64,000 bases of DNA from Eutreptiella sp. 'Long Island Sound 2002' (Eukaryota > Protista > Euglenida), in the NCBI GenBank assembly GCA_964036045.1, contig OZ038378.1, forward strand, positions 185,690,001 to 185,754,000, read 5' to 3'. The position numbers and the translations under genes are program-made. Below, piece by piece: positions 58,990 through 64,000 of the stretch. The first letter of the stretch is position 1, and every line of letters starts with the position of its first letter. The notes under the pieces were generated by a model that worked only from the letters and a program-made list of their open reading frames with translations, was not told the origin of the DNA and ran no database searches.

Positions 58990-61900
58990 TCTTTGCCATG
59001 GTTTTTCATGTTCTAGACCACATGCATTTTGCTAATCTTCAACCAACCGCAAAGCAGAGGAAAAGAACAACAGCGACAAGTTGAATGCTGATTTGGCTTG
59101 CTAGCACACCGAAATCAGGGTGGTATCCTCCATGTTGTATAGAATGAAGAAAGCAACATAACTATCAAAAAACCTCCAATTTGGTGCAAATGAACACAAC
59201 ATACCATGTGAATGTATTTCCGATTAATGATGCAAATTGGATATTTGGACACTCCGCTTCCAGGTTGGAGAAAGCGGCATCCAAGGCTCTTTCTAAATTT
59301 ACCACATCATCATCCATGATTTGTGGTGTCTAGGTCACATCATCATCGGACAGGTCTTCTTGGGGCTCAGCGTCTTTGTACACTTTTTCACCCATCACAA
59401 GATTCTTCTCCAGTGCATGCCATCGACAAATCAGCCATTTTGCACTCCAAATCCGCCGTGCTCTGTGTTGTCGGGACACACAACCATCCAAATACTAGGT
59501 CACATTTTCGGCATTTTTGCACATTTTTGATATCAATCGTTGTTGTGGAAGTGAATGCAAACTGAATGGTGAATCTAGATGGGGAGCTCAAAGGTGAGGG
59601 AAGGGATATTCTATTGCAGACCACATTCAGCTTTGTTTCCAAAGCTCCACAGATGCACATATCCTCAGCAGGCCGAGTACACTTGGAAATGTACGTAGAA
59701 CAAAGAAGCATCAATGTATGCAAACAATTTACAAAAGATAGACAGACATATTGACCTCAAAAATGTGCAAGGAGCAAGTAAATCGCACAAGCGGTGGCCT
59801 GTGGTGTCCAATCTTCTCAAGGTTGTGCCTTGGCCTACTAGGGTCCCCCCCCCCCCTCGTAATGTAGGGCAGGCAACATTATTCAATAAGAATTGCAACA
59901 TCCGCCTGATTTGGGTAAAAAAAAGACGGAGCAAGGAGCCGATTCCATAGAGACATACACCAATGATAGTGGTAGAGAGAAGGGTTAGAAGCAGGTTACC
60001 GTGCTGGCCTCAACGTTGAAAAGCACTGTGACAACGGTACATTTTGGTCTTAGGGCTCTATGGGACACTTGTCAATGGTGTAAGGTATGGGTCTTGTTAT
60101 TCAGCTTGGCTGAGGTCTCCATTAAGTTTGTGCAATATTTGTCATCAAGCTTTGATGGTGTATCTGTTTGGCCCACCTATAAATGGCCTAAATGCATACA
60201 TCTATGGGTGCTGCGGCTAGGTAGAAGTGGGCTAAATTGAGCCTTGTACGAACGTTCTTAGACAAGACAAGAAGACAGAAAACAAAAAATACAAACAACA
60301 CAATTCTTTAAAATTGTAGCGGCAAACAAAAATGACGAAAGCTAGAAAATGATTATCGTGCACAAAATTTGCACTTTTGCCGAAGCTTACATGGCGGTAT
60401 CATTCTTTTTTCCGGGTGGTTCCTAGCAGTACCGAACATTTTGCTATACATAGGTGGATCAAAAAAATTGGACTGACAACATCTTTTTCAAAACTAGAGT
60501 CTTAAGACACAACTCATGAACTCATTTGGTGGCTTCATTTATTAGTAATGAGTTATCATTGTGCTCTCTCATTTCTAAATGCTAAATATTGATGCATCAT
60601 TTCTAAGTGCTGAGTTTTGTGTTCGATGCGGTTTGTTTTTCATTTTTCTTTGTCCCTTTGACAGGGGTCGCGCGCATGTTGTATAGGACACACACTGTAT
60701 CTCTCATCACATCTAGGTGACAAAAATTGAAAGACTTGAGCTGCCATGCTGTATAGAGCGTTGTTGTAACTACTATGCTGATTTTGAGCACTATATCACC
60801 GCTTTTCACTTTCATGTTTGCGCTTGAAAGCTAATGCTTGAGGTTTTTTTTGTTCTAGACCACATCCATTTTGCTGATCCTCAACCAACCGCAAAGCGGA
60901 AGAAAAAAACAAGAACGACAAGTTCAATACTGATTTAGCATGCTAGCACAACGAAATTGGGGTGGTATCCTCCGTGCGTATTGCATGAGCACTGGATCAA
61001 AAGAAGAAAGCGAGTGGTTTCGAATCTTCGACCTTTGCATTAGGCTATGTTGTTGCTGCTGACAATGTTGCTTCTGATATAATTTGCATTCTAAAATGGA
61101 ATGAAGAAATTCTCGGAGATTTTGAAAAGTCAAAACCGATGGATTTGAAAAGCAAAACTGTTTACCATCATGCACATTTCAAAAAAAGTAGCACCAATGT
61201 GACACAATGATGCACAAACGAAGATGGTGGATTTGGCTAACACCACCAAATCCAAATTCCCAAAATGACAAACAACATATTCCTGTGCTTGACCTCGTTT
61301 AGGGAAGGTGCACATATCATCTACGGCTATTTTGTCTTCATCTCCGGAGGTGTTGACCTATCCTACTCTACAAGCATTGTGCCCAATATGTTCACTGAGA
61401 AAGTTATCCTCCTTGCTTATGGTTGACTTGTGTAACCCAACATGCACACAACTATGCAACTGAATGGTAGTGTTTGGTGCCGTATGACTAGTGAGACAAA
61501 AAGCGCGTGGTGGGGCGTCAAATAGTATTGTTAACTTCAACATTGTCCAGAATAGGGTATACTACAACAACTCTTGAATCTCTTTTTTGCAATCTTCTTA
61601 ACGCACCAACTTATTGAGGGGTTGGCGTCTCCCAATGAGAAACCCCGAGCACGGAGGGCATGTACACTCAGTGGAGCAAATATGGCCCGTGAGGGCACAC
61701 GCGGCCTCGTAGGCAAAGACTCGCTGCCCTAGGGAAGAGGGAAAGAGGCAATTGGTGGGATACAAAATCAAAGCAGAGAAGAGAGAATAGCAGGCCACTT
61801 GCTGCAGTTCATTTGTTTGCTCTAAAGCAGTTTCTATGGACTTTGGTTGCAAATCTTACTACTTGAACTATTACATATTTAAAAGCCAGCCCGCGTGCCA

Positions 61901-62600
61901 GCCTGAAATCCAAACCCAAAAAGTAGTTTCTATGGGACCATTACCGAGTTCCATGACGGATTCAAGAGTCTACCGGCGCTTAATGCGTTCAAAATTCAGA
62001 CTCCTTACATGCGCCACCGACTATGGACACAAATAACAGCCCTACATTTGCCATGATGCTTTGAGGTTACATGAAGCAACACACTGTTGCGCTCATAAAT
62101 TGTGTTGATACAACTTGTGCTAGAGTGTGGCTCGACAAAGCGTGTGTTGGAAAATGTTATTCAATGGAGAATGTTACCTAAACAAAAAGGTAGAAGAATG
62201 CAAAAGAAAAAGTGAGAACAAATGGATGCTATATAACAAATGGCATGGACTATAGTGGTCTTGCAAAATGCATGCAATTGTATGACTTAACACAAAAATA
62301 TGCACAAAATATTTTTTCAAAGTGGTAATAAAACCAAAACTTAAATCCGACAAACACATCTTGGACTGCAACATCGCAAAATTGTGCCAATTTAGCACAT
62401 TTGCGACGAAATAGGCTTACAAATTCATTCCAACGCCCCGGCGGTTGTTGGGTGCCACCTAAAATTTTTTGCCCTATACTGCTGAAAACAATCCATTTTT
62501 GCCGCCTGTTTTCAGGATGACAGCCACTAATGCCCTGTAATAATCGTCCAAATACCAACTTTGTCCAATGGTTTTTGTGCAGGGTTTCAAAATCACACAC
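58990..62600 (-). pseudogene. Decayed hAT transposase, with the dimerisation-domain segment present twice
   Basis: The minus strand gives QVVSTQF..VAHVRSLNFERI (QVVTDNA..C.AH.L.L..EDI-like, about 62120-61980). GGYHP(D/N)FxVLA...SSA...KWMWSRT (hAT dimerisation-like) appears at about 58996-59150 and 60840-60990. Confidence 0.55.
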
Positions 62601-64000
62601 GAAACACTCGTAGTAATAATGGACTGGCATTTATGGACAGGACATCCAATTTCTATGCAATATTTTTTGACTCAGGGTATGCAGGTAAGGATGAAAAAAA
62701 AATGCTACATTTTACACTGAGAAAATTGTTATTTGGGAGGCCACAGAAAGAGTTTTCACCACAATGGGTTGTGCCAAATATGTTGCAACAAAACTGTGAT
62801 TGGTTGATCAATGAAAGCAGCTACACACACATAAACCAGCGACGCCACTGTTCAGTCTCGACGAAAGACAGTGCTCCAGGAGCCATCAATATGCTGACAC
62901 ACCCAACCCAACCAGAACTGTAAACCCCGCAGCTACCCAGGTCTCAAAGAACAACCACTGGTTGGACAAAGATGCAGAGCAACAACACAACACAGCACAG
63001 CACAGCACATTACAGCACACAATATAACTGGATGAGAGTCAGTTCTTCCATAATTACACCAACAAGTGTTTTTTGGGCTGCAATTTGGTCATCAGCCTGG
63101 CCCCCCTCAAGGACACACTTTGCCCTGAACCTAATCAATGGAGGGATAGTACTTGTAGTTCAGGGGAATGGAATGAGAGAACTGAAGAACATATGCCGCA
63201 AAGCGCCAGAAAAATATTTTGGGTGACCTAACCAGCCCCCCACGCACCATGGAGCATATCCGAAATACACATCCTATCGCCAGGAAGGGGGGCAATGGCA
63301 CAGGAAGCAAATGGGAAAGAAAAGAAGACAACACTTAATAAACCAGCTGTGGAAGTGCTGAAAATAGAGTGAGAATGGTGTACGAGAGAGAAGATGGCTC
63401 ATGGTACTATGGTTGGTGGTGTAAAAAACGTTGGACACAGTGGGAATTTGGGTGAAGAGCAGGAGGACAGGAAAGAATGGCAAAAAAAGCCCAGATCTCA
63501 GGGATTGAGGGAATGGACATATTGCAGTAGATCAGCAAGAAACACTAACCATGCAAAAACAATACAATGTTGATGTGAGGGTAAGGTTTAATTGGTCAAA
63601 AAATCACCACCAACAGATAGACCACTGCACACAAGAGGACACTGTCACAACAGGGGGGGGTTGCATATCCACAACTGTTGCTTTGATGCTCCAATGCGAA
63701 GCTCCAAACCCCACAGACACAGACATGCACACCAATACATCTCTTGTGGGACATGAATATGCGCATGTACACACACCAGCAGCCAGAAAAGCAGGAGCTT
63801 GCACACAAATTGAAAAAAGGCATACACTTACAGATCTGTACATCCATGTGTAGGATGGGCAAAACCTGGTCATGGATGACACACAAGACTACACCTGCAC
63901 ACACTGGCACACCCACTCTGGATCAGAGGCTCAGCCAGGCAGGCTCATGTGGGTGGGGCAGAACGTGGAAGGGGAAGATGTTGGAAATCAAAGCCAGTGA

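Overview
Repeat-rich eukaryotic genomic DNA with dozens of poly-C/poly-G tracts and long microsatellites. It is not prokaryotic, and I found no CRISPR array, rRNA or tRNA. The main feature, invisible in the ORF track, is an intron-rich plus-strand gene. I assembled it by hand from 17 short GT-AG exons (984-45467, 1500 coding nt, about 500 aa, all junction phases compatible, both ends open). It encodes a class III adenylate/guanylate-cyclase-fold domain that appears to have lost all catalytic residues, followed by a coiled-coil-like region. Its introns and the downstream region are filled with decayed mobile DNA: PIF/Harbinger-ISL2EU-type (DDE_Tnp_4-like) elements including a deletion series and a copy carrying a DIRS-type adenine-methyltransferase fragment, a hAT transposase relic, RNase H and RT relics, Ulp1-protease relics and MITEs. 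Intron 6 holds a recently homogenised 280/275-bp tandem array. All domain calls come from manual motif recognition, not database searches.
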